A stretch of 64,000 nucleotides of DNA from NCBI GenBank assembly GCA_964016885.1, contig OZ024746.1, forward strand, positions 2,914,001 through 2,978,000, read 5' to 3'. Of this stretch, positions 1 to 12,860 are shown piece by piece. The first letter of the stretch is position 1. Each line of letters begins with the position of its first letter. The notes beneath the pieces were generated by a model that was not told the DNA's origin, did not search any database, and saw only the letters and a program-made list of their open reading frames with translations. Both the position numbers and the translations under genes were made by a program. The DNA is from Eledone cirrhosa (Eukaryota).

Positions 1-180
1 AGTTGAATTTCACTTCAATTTATTATAAGCTCCTAGTCGGTTAGTTTAATAACCAGATGGTTGTTTAATTGTTGATTTTCAAAGTTCTTTTGTCTCACAT
101 TCTATGACCTCCTCAGTGACTACCTTTGTTGTTATTTTGTGTCTCATCTTTGTTCTGTTGTATTCCATCTTGTTTTTGTG
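1..180 (-). mobile_element. Degenerate copy of the hammerhead-bearing short element at 32066-32311
   Basis: Colinear similarity to ~32114-32311 (agttg..tttcact..aatttattataa; aaagttcttt.gtc.cacattct.tgacctc.tcagt; ccatcttgtttttgtg). The core is decayed to CTGAGGA...AAAA. Confidence 0.7.
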
Positions 181-451
181 AACTGTTAACAAATTGTGAA
201 ATTGATAGAGCTTGATTAATTTTTTTTTTTTTTTTCACAAAAGAGACAGGCTGAAGTTTTCTCCAACATACCTCGAGTCCTTGTTCAGATTTACTTTGTG
301 AAGTTATTTTTTATCAGGGAAAATTTAAATTAATTTTGAATGAAAAAATATCATATTTTCAGAGACTAACATTTCTAATTAGTTGAATCTCAATTTCAAA
401 AAATATCTAATATATTAGACAATATGTTTCTTGTAACCCTCCAGTTTAAAC

Positions 452-535
452 ATACTGTATTTCTTGGCATTAAAGATGCTATTTGTTTCCTAAAATAAGT
501 CTCGAAACTCTACGATGCGTCCTGGATGCCGAGGT
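452..535 (+). mobile_element. Possible Tc1/mariner-type MITE terminus
   Basis: tactgtatttcttggcattaaagatgc...gcgtcctggatgccgag resembles TACCGTATTT..GACGC/GCGTC MITE ends with an internal palindrome. No partner end found. Confidence 0.3.
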
Positions 536-774
536 TGCATTTTTCATAGGCATATCCTAACCCCAGAGGAAAATTATCTCTGCTAGACAGGAATCTGAAC
601 TCCTGTATATGACCTCTCAATGAAGTTTATAAATTATAATTAGTTAAAGTAGTAAATAAATATTTATTTATTTAAAATATTTATAGGGTAAATTTTTATA
701 ACACCTGACACACTTTGGAGGTGAAATTTATGGTTCAAAACCTTCACTAGTTATTTGTTCTTTAATTACAGTGA

Positions 775-1105
775 TGTTGTCTGGTGTAGTGTAGTTGTGG
801 TGTGGTGTTGTGTAGTGTAGTCTAGTGTTGTGTAGTGTAGTCTGGTGTTGTGTAGTGTTGACTGACGTGATGTCTTTTGTACTGTAGTGTAGTGTAGTTT
901 TGTGTGGTATAGTGTAGTGTGGTGTAGTGTAGTGTAGTGTTGTGTAGTCTAGTGTGGTGTTGTGTGGTGTAGTCTATTGTGTAGTGTTGTGTGGTCTAAT
1001 GTGGTGTAGTGTTGACTGATGTGATGTCTTTTGTAGTGATGTGTGGTGTTTTATAGTTAAGTGTTATGTAGTGTTGCTTTGTTTAGTGCTGTCTTGTGTG
1101 TTGTA
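775..1105. repeat. Degenerate pentamer microsatellite (GTGTA/GTAGT/GTGTG)
   Basis: Visible 5-bp periodicity. Confidence 0.9.
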
Positions 1106-1639
1106 ACTCCAACCTCTTCCATTCTCATCTACTCTCATCAAGTGAAACCAGTCATATAATTGTTTTATCAACATAACTATTAAAGTGACACTCTTTTGGA
1201 ATAGGAGGTAGCATTTTATCTTCTCACCGACACCTTTGTACTTAGTAATCAGATAAATGACTTGTATGACAGTACCATTATCAATGAAAGGAGGTGGGGT
1301 GGGGGACTAATAGCTAGAGATTATATGACTGGTGGGGAAAATCCTAGATAAAATAAAAATCTTCATCATCACCACCATCATGACTCTCATCATCATCACC
1401 ATCACTATCATAATCAGCCTCTTCATTTACTTGATTATGATGTACATCCACTACCAGATCTGTATAGGAAAGTAGGAGAAAGGGCTATAAATGCCATAAA
1501 TGAGAGGAAAAGGAGGGTGAAAGCAAGGAGTATGAGGCCATGGAAGAAAGGGAGAGGAGAAGGGCTCTATGTTAGGGCAGGTAACTGCAATTCACCTTTG
1601 TACAAACTAACATTTCATGAGCCAGGAGTCAAAAGGAGA

Positions 1640-2095
1640 GTCTGTACACAGTCACTTCACCTGTTAAAAATAGCAACCAAATCCTCTTCAAATCACACTA
1701 TCTACTATCTTAAAGAAGAATATATTAGACAATATGGTCTCAGATCTACATTAAAATGATGTGATCATTAGTTGAATGAGTTTGATCAGAAATGTTCTCA
1801 ATCAGGTCTGACATGGTGTTAAACAGAAACATTCAGTACATGGTATATTCTTGTTCTTTCGTTCTCATCAATTCTCAATATGTGGTCATTGCTGTTGTTT
1901 AACCTCAAGTCAGCTCTGATTAAGCAGTCCTAGAATGAATCAGCAGCAATCCAGCCATGACCATCCTCTTCTTTTGAGTATCTAGGACTGGCCAATGCAT
2001 CTATATTTGTTTTCCTTTTTTTAAGAAAGTAAGCAGTGAATTTAAGGAGTTTGGCTGCTATTTCTAGAAGATCAAATGGCTATTAGATGCTCCTT
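1640..2095. mobile_element. Two copies (+ then -, tail to tail) of an AAC-tailed interspersed repeat ('family C')
   Basis: Motifs ctagaaatagcagccaaatctc..caaatcacac / gatggtcatggctgga / tttgatcatagg / ggggctaaacaacaac recur at ~8420, 14700, 18285, 26590, 27070, 27865, 28050, 33590 and 34900. Confidence 0.7.
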
Positions 2096-2601
2096 CGTTG
2101 TTTCTACAAGTCTCACTTGATGCCACTAAAATTGTAGTTGGTTGTCAGTATGTTTTGAGGCTCTAAACACTTAAGATTATGGTGTGTGTGTGTGTGTGTG
2201 CTCCCCATCCATATATAACTGCATGGTCCCTTAAGTCCTGATGGAGTTTTAGGTGCACTATAGCCCACCCCTCTCTTAGTCAGCCAATTTCTTCCAGTGA
2301 AGGAGAGAGGAGGAGTGAGAAAAAGATATAAAAGAATTGACTCCAGGACAGAACTGGTACTTTATTTATCGATCTCAAAAGGAAGAAATGCAAAATTAAC
2401 CTCAGCAGGATTTGAACTCAGAGACTTGGAATGAATACCACAAAGCATTACCTCCGACATTTTAACACTCTGCCAATTCATTACCTCTCCAACAAATATA
2501 AATTCTACCCCCAAAATTTATTATCTTTTGGAATGACAAGTAGGTTTAATTTTAATAAAATGGAGCCCCTCTTCCATGTGCTAAACATGTGTTTATTTTA
2601 C

Positions 2602-2991
2602 TTAACCCTTTAGCATTTAAACCAGCCGTTTCCAGCCAGAACTCTCTCACCTCTCTCTGACCAAACCGGCAGTAACTGGCCACTCATACTTACGTTAAGG
2701 TATTGTTCTCAAAATAAATAATTGTTTCTACTTTTGGCACAAGGCCAGCAATTACCCAGTACATTACTGGTACTTTATTTTATCGACCCCCGTAAGGATG
2801 AAAGGCAAAGTTAACCTTGGCAGAATTTGAACTCAGTTCATAAAGGGTCGTAACTCTATGCTACAAAGCATGGTGTCCAACCCTCTACTGATAACTGCCA
2901 ATCCCAAAATCTCAGATTCGATATTATGTGAGGGCCTCTACCATAAAAATATAATAGTAAATATTGAGCAATGTAAATGTTAAAGGGTTAA
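2602..2991 (+). mobile_element. piggyBac-like MITE (TTAA TSD) interrupted by a SINE
   Basis: TTAA|CCCTTTAGCATTT ... AAATGTTAAAGGG|TTAA. The body matches the copies at 26615 and 46430. Confidence 0.85.
2718..2903 (-). mobile_element. tRNA-derived SINE family A nested in the MITE
   Basis: Minus strand has A-box-like TGGCAGTTATCAGT, B-box GAGTTCAAATTC, core ggttaactttgcctttcatccttacgggggtcgataaaataaagtaccag and an (ATT) tail. Confidence 0.85.
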
Positions 2992-3371
2992 CGGCCAATC
3001 CAGTTCTAGACTAGGGTAGGGTTTGAACTGACAACTTAGAAGTTGAAGGAACATCACTAAATTATACAGCCTCATGCTGTAATTAATGATTCCACCATTT
3101 ACCACCCTTCGTTATCTAATTGAAGTAATTAGTTGAAAAGTTGTTAGCAAATAGTTTTTAAGATAAAATAAAAAGCATCTAAAGAAAGAACAAAACTAAC
3201 ATTTTATATTCAAGACATTTTACTCTAATGATATGATGAAGTTGCCTGCTTCCGATATAATTTTATCTGCTGCCAACATTTATTATTTATTTGCTTACAT
3301 TTTTCTTTATTTCTTTCTTTCTTTATTTATTTGCTTACATTTTTTTGTTATTATCATTTGTTCACATCATC

Positions 3372-3720
3372 AGGGTGGTGGATTGGCAGTATCGGTAGAC
3401 ACCATGCTTTGTAACATAGAGTTACGGCCTTTTATGATCTGCGTTCAAATCTCGCCGAGGTTAACTTTGCCTTTCATCCTTACAGGGTCGATAAAATAAA
3501 GTACCAGTCACACACTGGGGTTGATTTAATCAACTTTCGCCTCCCCCAAAATTGCTGGCCTTGTGCCTTGTTCAATTCCCGTGAAGGTTAATTTTGCCTT
3601 TCATCATTACGGGGTCGATAAACTAAAGTACCAGTAATGCACTGGAGCTGATTTAATCGACTTTCCCCACCCCATTCCTTCAAATTGCTGGCCTTGTGCC
3701 TAAATTAGAAACAATTATTT
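3372..3720 (+). mobile_element. SINE family A, tandem (full copy plus 5'-truncated copy)
   Basis: ggtggattggcagtatcggtag head, GTTCAAATC B-box, and the core repeated twice. Confidence 0.85.
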
Positions 3721-4869
3721 GTTCCCCTCTTGTTTGTTGCTCCTACACCTCTTCCCAGTGAGGAGAGGTGAGAGGCTGAAGATGAAAAGAGACCTGTTTC
3801 AATGAAGTAGTCACACTTTCACTCATCCCCAATTGTTTCCATCATTTGTTCTTTCACCAGTTTTCTACTACTTTACTCTTTCTTTTTCTTCTTTCCATTT
3901 TTATTTCAGACTTTCTCTTTTGTTATTATTTTTATTATTTTTCTCTTTCTCTTTCTCTTTCTCTTTCTCTCTAATTTACTTCGCACTTTCTTTCTTTCTT
4001 TTTTCGTTCCATTTTTTATTTCAGGTTTTCTTTCTCTTTTATTATTATTTTTACTGTTTTTGTTATTATTTTTGTCTTTCTCTCTAATTTACTTCTCACT
4101 TTCTTTCTTCTTTATCTTCTCTTTCTTCTTTCTTTCTTCTCTTTCTTCTGAATCAATTTTGGAATCTTACAGCCCCATTTATTATTATATTTTTTTTAGA
4201 AATATATTTTAAAATATTAATTTTGTCCTTATCATGTCATTAGTAACAGCAGTGTCAGTTGGTGGGGGTGGGGGAGATTGAGAGGGGGTAAGAAAGAGTG
4301 GGGGAAGGGGAAGAAAAAGAGTGGGAGAGGAGAGAGAGGGGAGAGTGAAAGAGTGAGGAGGAAGAGCTTAGTCTTCCTCCTCACTCTTTCACTCTCCCTT
4401 CGGGGAGGAGGGAGAAAGAGAAGGATGAATGTGATAGTGGTGGGGAGGAAGTAATGTTTGTGATGATGATGATAAAACAGAAAGCTTTTATCTGACACAT
4501 TGTTAAAAAACAATTCTAAAAAATCTGAACAAATAAATAAATATAATATAAAAAAAAACAATGATACCAACAACAACAATAACAACGACAAACGATAAAG
4601 AAAAAGTAAAAATACCAAAATTCCATAACTTTGAAAATTGTAAAAGATGTGAAGGAACTCCTGTTATTTAGTTGTCTAAAGGAATTCAATACCAAACAAG
4701 TGTATTGACTCAGATAGAATTATACTAAAATAGCTCATCATTATGTTCCAGCTTTCAAACCCCCTTTTTTTTTCTTAACAAAGTTTAATCTTATTGTTAT
4801 TCTTAATTCAGTATCATTTTCAAGATTATTGCATTCAGACATATAGTGCTGTGGGTCACTACTTTTCTA

Positions 4870-6620
4870 CCTCATTCCTCAAGCTATGTGTAGCAAAGAG
4901 CCACAATCTGTCTCCACTTTGATTTGTCTTGAGCAAGATTTTGAGCCTGGTCTTCTTTCACAGTTCCATGCCAAGTGGTTATTGGTCTGCTTCTAGGTTT
5001 CTAACGCCAACCCCAGGTGCTATCCTGTTCCTGGCAATCTTAGCAGGACAACTTAAGGGAGGTGCAAGATATGACCAGTTAGATACACCTTTCAGCAACT
5101 ATTTCATTTAGTCTTCTTGTCTTCATATTCCACACTTTATCATTCCTCACCCTGTCTTTCCATGATACCTTCAAGACTCTATGAAGACATTTCATATAGA
5201 ACATGTCCTACAAATTAACAACTTTTGAGGTCAAGTTCCAAGTCTCACGTGGATATAAAACAGTGGAGAGAACTATTGAGTTGTACAGCCTGAGCTTTAG
5301 TTGTTGGCTGATCACATTTGAGACTCAGATTTCTTGGAATCATTTGAAGACTGAACTGCCTTTTGCCAACCTTGTTTTGACATATTTTTCAATGTTGCAA
5401 GTATGGGATTATACACTCCTCAAGTATGTGAAATATTTAACAACCTCTACAGATATCAGATATCAGAATCATCATCCTCATCTCCAATCTTCTGAACTTT
5501 TGTTTTCTCATCACTAATCCTCAGACCAACCTTTTCACTGCTATCTTTCAGTTTATCTGTCATTGACTTTATTTGTATTTGGTATCCAGTAGGGTTAGAT
5601 CATCTGCAAAATCCAAATCTGTCAGCACCTTTCCCTTCCAGGAAATCCCATGTTGTAATTGGTTCATTGTCTTCCTCATAATGTAATCCATTATTATGAC
5701 AATAAATCCCGCCGAGGTTAACTTTGCCTTTCATCCTTACGGGGTCGATAAAATAAAGTACCAGTAATGTACTGGGTAATTGATGGCCTTGTGCCAAATG
5801 TAGAAATAATTATTATGAGGAATAAAGGGGCGGTAGATTGGCAGTATCGGTAGAGGTTCAGACACCTTGCTTTGACGCATAGAGTTACGGCCCTTGATAT
5901 TCTGAGTTCAAATTCCGCCGATTTTAACTTTGCTTTTCATCCTTACAGGGTCAATAAAATAAAATACCAGTAATGCACTGGGATAATTTTCTGGCCTTGT
6001 GCCAAAAGTAGAAACAATTATTATGAGGAATAAATATGGACAAAGAATATCACCCTGTTGTACACCTGTGTATCCCATTGTACAGCATCGTGAATTTGTG
6101 ATAATTCTAGGAAAATCTATATGTACTGTTGTTGGAGACCATATATATCCTCAGTATCTTCTATAAACTGGGTTAATATATACTATCAAAGACCCTGTTC
6201 AAGTCCACAAAGTTATGATTAGTGAGCTACAGTACTCTAATGATTATCATCTTCCATGTCCAAAACCTGTCTGTTTTTCTCTTAGTTTAGGTTAATGTGC
6301 CTCTCCAAACACTTTAACAACACTCAACACCACTGCTTCCTGACTATTATCAAAAGTGTGATGCCTCTCCAATTGTTACAGTCACATAGATTTCCTTTCT
6401 TAAGTAGCTTCACAACTACTCAGCATATCCACTTGTCAGGAACTTTTGCTGTGTGTCAAATTATATTTATTAATATAGATAGTTCTTTTACCATTGGATC
6501 AACTCCCTTTTTCAGAAGTTCCACAGAAATAAATCTACACCGATCACCTTATTGTTTACCAGGCTTTTAAGCCTTCTTTTATTTCACCTTCTGAAATATT
6601 GTCCATTGAAATGTTGACTT
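4870..6620 (-). pseudogene. Decayed RTE-clade LINE reverse transcriptase fragment
   Basis: Minus-strand peptides in correct order with stops/frameshifts: KKGNLCDCNNWRGITLL, TGVQQGDILCPYLFLII, LTDLDFADDLTLL, VKYFTYLRS, KLRLYNSIVLSTVLYPRETW, KPRSRPITTWHGTVKED. Confidence 0.9.
5707..6016 (+). mobile_element. Two tandem SINE-A copies inserted into the RTE RT
   Basis: SINE core present twice. Target motif attattatga(c/gg)aataaa occurs at 5690, 5809 and 6017. Confidence 0.9.
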
Positions 6621-6639
6621 TGTTGGAGGCACTGTTAAG

Positions 6640-6800
6640 TTCATCATCTTGGTCTTGTAGCTTTGATGGTAAGGAATGGTTGAGGACTTAGTGTTCTATC
6701 TAGGTCTTGTAGTTTTGATGGTATAAGCTGGTTGAGGACTTTGTTAAAGTGTTCTATCTTGGTCTAGTAGTTTTGATGGTATAGGCTGGTTGAGAAGGCT
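6640..6800. repeat. ~55-60 bp imperfect repeat x3
   Basis: atcttggtcttgtag.tttgatggta...ggttgag repeated three times. Confidence 0.7.
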
Positions 6801-6869
6801 ATAATATCATGTCAAAGTATTTCATTGACAGTGTCTTACAACAGCTTAAAGAATTCCTCTTTATCAACA

Positions 6870-7170
6870 TCATCAGCTTCCATAGCCAATTTTCCAAAAA
6901 GTGTTTTCGGATGAATATTTGAAACCATGAAGATTAGAAGAGAATTGGAAAAATGTTCATGCTACCAAGATTTATCTTAATTTGAAACTTGTTTTTCCAA
7001 AAGCTAAGATTGTCAAGTATCTTTTGATCTGCATCAATACAAGAAAAGGATGGATTATGTACTTCTTCTAAAATGTCACAACTGATCACTAAATCCCAAA
7101 CACCACATACTATTGTCAAAGAATTGATCCTACCAGTTGTAGTTGAGGTTCTGTGTATTATGCAACATCC
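6870..7170 (+). pseudogene. hAT (Buster/Charlie, ZBED5/SCAND3-like) transposase N-terminal remnant
   Basis: Peptides QKVFSDE / KP*RLEENWKNVH and SQLITKSQTPHTIVKELILPVVVEVL match the family motifs KPSRL..H and K..KPHTIGEELILPA. Frameshifted. Confidence 0.7.
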
Positions 7171-8789
7171 TATGTTAACATGAAAAATGAGGATGATGAT
7201 GACGAAGCCTGTGACTGCCATAATCAATAAAAAACATTTCAGCAATAAGAGAATGATGATTGATAAAATGGGCAAAAATGTGAACGAAACATTAACTTTA
7301 TTAGGGCTGCTTAATTTTTGTTACAACTGGATGAATTAATTCTATGTGGGAATGAAACTTTACTGTTAGCTTATGTTTGGCTCATAAAAGAAGAGAAAAT
7401 AACTGAGGAGTTATCATTTGTCAGGTATTTGGTAACAGACCCATGCTAGCGTGGTAAATGGACGTTAAACGATGATGATGATGATGATGATGATACTAAA
7501 GGAGAATCAATATGTCTGTTGTTCAGATTAGGAATCAGTAATATCAACCACAGGAGTCTCTGAGGGCCCCAAAAGGTCATAGACACAACCCCTTCTCCTC
7601 TCCTTGCTGGTTCCTTCTTTGTGTTCCATCTTTTACTGTACATCAGTTCAACCTTTGACAGTTCCAGTAGTCTGTCAGTTTTTTCTCTGAGAACTATTTG
7701 TTAGCCCTTTGCTCACTCCCTAGCCTATTTCTGAAGAAAGGGTTTCTGTGGTTTGTCTTATATTGTAATGTTGCTGATTCAGAGAGAGAGAAAGAGAGAT
7801 GAAGAAAGAAATAGAGAGAAAAATGAAATCATCCCCAGTAGGCAGAAACTTGTGGAGTGACAGAGAGTCGGAGGATCTTCAGAGGAAGAACTCCCATTAA
7901 GTGTTTTGGTCCTTGATTCCTCCTAACACTGTAAGGGAGCTGGGACCACCTAGGTCATGACTACTAAGTGTCCTCCTGTTGTATTTTCTCCTCCAGTGGC
8001 TGGTCTTGTTTCCCCATTCCTGAGGTTTGCACCACTCAGCCACAAAGACCATCAGTAGAACTAATATAGTTATTTAAACAACAATCAATACCAGTTCTTT
8101 TCTGGCATCAGACTCTGGAAGATAAAAGGTAAAGCTAGCCTTAGTGGAGTGCGAATTCCTTGCAAAGGAAGCCTGAACAAATACCACCAATCATTTTATC
8201 TGATGTTCTAACTACTCTGACAATTCAGGGCCTTCTCTAATGATTAACATGATTTTATGTTCAAAGTCCACTTCTTGGTGTATTCAATTTGGATCGATAA
8301 GAAACCAAATAATATACAGACATCCATTGATCATATCACACTCCCACCTCTCTACAGATTCATGGACATGATATCATAGTGAGTTCATGAATTTGGAGAG
8401 AGCTGGGAGGTACCATTTGATCTGCTAGAAATAGCAGCCAAATCTACTTCAAATCACACCTTCTTGTCCTAAAAGAAGAATGCACCCATTGAACAGACAG
8501 TGAGGTAGTTTATGGCATACAAAAAGACAGGATGGCCATGGATGGAACGTTTTTGATCATAGCTTTGCTGAGTCAGGGTTTATCTGGTACTAAGCAATAA
8601 CTATACAAGGTATAGTACACATAACTCTCTCTCTCTTTCCAACTATTCATATGTTAACTATTGTTGTTGTTGAATTCATTTCTATTATAGTACAAATCCA
8701 CCCCAAATTTCCCCTCCCTCTTTTTGTTTATTTATTTTCATTTCAAACCAATTTATTATTCATTACATTACCAATTGTATTGTCAAAGT

Positions 8790-9072
8790 TATTTTTGTTG
8801 TTGCTGTTGTTGTTGTTGCTGTTGTCGTTGTTGCTGTTGTCGTTGTTGGTGTTGTCGTTGTTGCATTAATGTCTATTATATTAAAACATACACACCCTCT
8901 TTCTTTCGTTTTTTTTTCCTCTCATTTTTCACTTATATATTTTTTTAAAGTAAATTAAAAAAATAAACCACTGAATATATTAACAATTGTTGTTATTGTT
9001 GTTGTTGCTGTTATTGTTGCTGCTGTTGTTGTTGTTGTTGTTTTTGTTGTTGTTGCTATTATTGTTGTCGTT
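8790..9072. repeat. (TTG)n-type microsatellites
   Basis: Direct. Confidence 0.9.
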
Positions 9073-9291
9073 GTTCTGGCTTTTTTTAATGAAAGGAATC
9101 CCCCAACCTCATACTACCCCCTCACCCCAACCTCACACTACGCCCTCCCCCAACCTCACACTACGCCCTCCCCCAACCTCACACTATTCATGTAAGTAAC
9201 AATTGTTGTTTTTATTTTTGTGATATCTTTTTTTTAGTCATTTTATTGTATCAAAGACCACCATAAAACATCCATGTTTCCTCTACACCCC

Positions 9292-9507
9292 CTCCACCAC
9301 CACAACCATCATCATCATCACCACCATGACCATCATCACCACCACCACCACCACCACCACACTACCACCACCACCACCACCACCACAATCACCACCACCA
9401 TCATCATTATCATCACCACTACAGCAATCACCACCACCACCACCACCTCCACCACCACAATCACCACCACCATCATCATTATCATCACCACTACAGCAAT
9501 CACCACC
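9292..9507. repeat. (CAC/CAT)n microsatellite
   Basis: Direct. Confidence 0.9.
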
Positions 9508-9732
9508 AAAAAAAAAAGGATTGATCGACTTTCGTCAAATCGGACCGAGGAAACAATGTTTCCATTGGTCTTTCCAATTGCTAATACTATCTATCGGTCG
9601 CAACTCCAGGTAGAAGGAGCAACGTGAAATAAAGTGTCTTGCTCAAGGACATAACGTATCGCCTGGTCCAGGAATCGAACTGACAACCTCAAGATTGTGA
9701 ATCCAATTCTCTAACCACTCAGCCACACCTCC
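9508..9732 (-). mobile_element. tRNA-derived SINE family B with an unusual hairpin tail ending in poly-T
   Basis: Minus strand has TGGCTGAGTGG A-box, GTTCGATTC B-box, ccttgagcaagacactttatttcac core, then a tail shared with 40652-40702 and a T-run. Confidence 0.8.
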
Positions 9733-10015
9733 CCAAATCATACCAAGTTGTGTTAAAAAGAATACATTTCCTAATGCCAACCACTTTACAACATGTACTG
9801 AGAGCATTTTATTATGACTTCTACACTACCACTTTACAGTGTAGACTGGGTGCTTTTTGTTGTGGGACCAGCACTACCACTTTTCAGAGTGAACAGGGAG
9901 CTTTTCATCATGTCACCCTATAAACTAATTTATGCTACGACTAACAAGGGAACCTCTGCATAAAGATGAAAATCAGGGACTGTTCTGCCAGTAAAGCATG
10001 GAGTTCCAAGTCACT

Positions 10016-12647
10016 ACATGACTCTATCTGGTACAGCCAGTCATTGGGGTGACACTCTAGATGTTTTCTCAGTCAGCAGTCACCACATGACTCTATCTGG
10101 TACAGCCAGTCATTGGGGTGACACTCTAGATGTTTTCTCAGTCAGCAGTCACCACATGACCCTATCTGGTACAGCCAGTCATTGGGGTGACACTCTAGAT
10201 GTTTTCTCAGTCAGCAGTCACCACATGACTCTATCTGGTACAGCCAGTCATTGGGGTGACACTCTAGATGTTTTCTCAGTCAGCAGTCACCACATGACTC
10301 TATCTGGTACAGCCAGTCATTGGGGTGACACTCTAGATGTTTTCTCAGTCAGCAGTCACCACATGACTCTATCTGGTACAGCCAGTCATTGGGGTGACAC
10401 TCTAGATGTTTTCTCAGTCAGCAGTCACCACATGACTCTATCTGGTACAGCCAGTCATTGGGGTGACACTCTAGATGTTTTCTCAGTCAGCAGTCACCAC
10501 ATGACCCTATCTGGTACAGCCAGTCATTGGGGTGACACTCTAGATGTTTTCTCAGTCAGCAGTCACCACATGACCCTATCTGGTACAGCCAGTCATTGGG
10601 GTGACACTCTAGATGTTTTCTCAGTCAGCAGTCACCACATGACTCTATCTGGTACAGCCAGTCATTGGGGTGACACTCTAGATGTTTTCTCAGTCAGCAG
10701 TCACCACATGACTCTATCTGGTACAGCCAGTCATTGGGGTGACACTCTAGATGTTTTCTCAGTCAGCAGTCACCACATGACTCTATCTGGTACAGCCAGT
10801 CATTGGGGTGACACTCTAGATGTTTTCTCAGTCAGCAGTCACCACATGACTCTATCTGGTACAGCCAGTCATTGGGGTGACACTCTAGATGTTTTCTCAG
10901 TCAGCAGTCACCACATGACCCTATCTGGTACAGCCAGTCATTGGGGTGACACTCTAGATGTTTTCTCAGTCAGCAGTCACCACATGACCCTATCTGGTAC
11001 AGCCAGTCATTGGGGTGACACTCTAGATGTTTTCTCAGTCAGCAGTCACCACATGACCCTATCTGGTACAGCCAGTCATTGGGGTGACACTCTAGATGTT
11101 TTCTCAGTCAGCAGTCACCACATGACCCTATCTGGTACAGCCAGTCATTGGGGTGACACTCTAGATGTTTTCTCAGTCAGCAGTCACCACATGACCCTAT
11201 CTGGTACAGCCAGTCATTGGGGTGACACTCTAGATGTTTTCTCAGTCAGCAGTCACCACATGACCCTATCTGGTACAGCCAGTCATTGGGGTGACACTCT
11301 AGATGTTTTCTCAGTCAGCAGTCACCACATGACCCTATCTGGTACAGCCAGTCATTGGGGTGACACTCTAGATGTTTTCTCAGTCAGCAGTCACCACATG
11401 ACCCTATCTGGTACAGCCAGTCATTGGGGTGACACTCTAGATGTTTTCTCAGTCAGCAGTCACCACATGACCCTATCTGGTACAGCCAGTCATTGGGGTG
11501 ACACTCTAGATGTTTTCTCAGTCAGCAGTCACCACATGACCCTATCTGGTACAGCCAGTCATTGGGGTGACACTCTAGATGTTTTCTCAGTCAGCAGTCA
11601 CCACATGACCCTATCTGGTACAGCCAGTCATTGGGGTGACACTCTAGATGTTTTCTCAGTCAGCAGTCACCACATGACCCTATCTGGTACAGCCAGTCAT
11701 TGGGGTGACACTCTAGATGTTTTCTCAGTCAGCAGTCACCACATGACCCTATCTGGTACAGCCAGTCATTGGGGTGACACTCTAGGTGTTTTCTCAGTCA
11801 GCAGTCACCACATGACCCTATCTGGTACAGCCAGTCATTGGGGTGACACTCTAGATGTTTTCTCAGTCAGCAGTCACCACATGACCCTATCTGGTACAGC
11901 CAGTCATTGGGGTGACACTCTAGATGTTTTCTCAGTCAGCAGTCACCACATGACCCTATCTGGTACAGCCAGTCATTGGGGTGACACTCTAGATGTTTTC
12001 TCAGTCAGCAGTCACCACATGACCCTATCTGGTACAGCCAGTCATTGGGGTGACACTCTAGATGTTTTCTCAGTCAGCAGTCACCACATGACTCTATCTG
12101 GTACAGCCAGTCATTGGGGTGACACTCTAGATGTTTTCTCAGTCAGCAGTCACCACATGACCCTATCTGGTACAGCCAGTCATTGGGGTGACACTCTAGA
12201 TGTTTTCTCAGTCAGCAGTCACCACATGACCCTATCTGGTACAGCCAGTCATTGGGGTGACACTCTAGATGTTTTCTCAGTCAGCAGTCACCACATGACC
12301 CTATCTGGTACAGCCAGTCATTGGGGTGACACTCTAGATGTTTTCTCAGTCAGCAGTCACCACATGACCCTATCTGGTACAGCCAGTCATTGGGGTGACA
12401 CTCTAGATGTTTTCTCAGTCAGCAGTCACCACATGACCCTATCTGGTACAGCCAGTCATTGGGGTGACACTCTAGATGTTTTCTCAGTCAGCAGTCACCA
12501 CATGACCCTATCTGGTACAGCCAGTCATTGGGGTGACACTCTAGATGTTTTCTCAGTCAGCAGTCACCACATGACCCTATCTGGTACAGCCAGTCATTGG
12601 GGTCACACTCTAGATGTTTTCTCAGTCAGCAGTCACCACATGACTCT
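10016..12647. repeat. 69-bp minisatellite, 38 near-identical units
   Basis: Unit atgac(t/c)ctatctggtacagccagtcattggggtgacactctagatgttttctcagtcagcagtcaccac. (12640-10018)/69 = 38. Confidence 0.98.
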
Positions 12648-12860
12648 CTCCTCCATCATACATGGAAGGGTTGCAATTTTCTGACCTGTCCAATCTTTAA
12701 AGTTGTCAGATCAGGATTTTCTTTGTCTGCATTTTCCTTGCCCTCCCTCCTTAACAGTGTCCTAAAGGATGGTTCTAGACATGGAGTTCTGGCAGGATAC
12801 ATGACCATACCAGACAAGCTGCCATCTTTTTACCATGACAAGGAATGGTTAGTGTCTGCC
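12640..12860 (-). pseudogene. RTE (BovB-like) LINE ORF C-terminal remnant
   Basis: Peptides VKRWQLVWYGHVS..NSMSRTIL and RQRKS*SDNFKDWTG match the RTE C-terminal WFGHV..KTILQG..RGRQRK.W.DNIKEWTG motif. Confidence 0.8.

Noticed and set aside
10018-12684. 888-aa repeat ORF as a real protein
   Set aside because: In-frame 69-bp minisatellite antisense to an RTE remnant, with no non-repeat domain, signal peptide or gene context.
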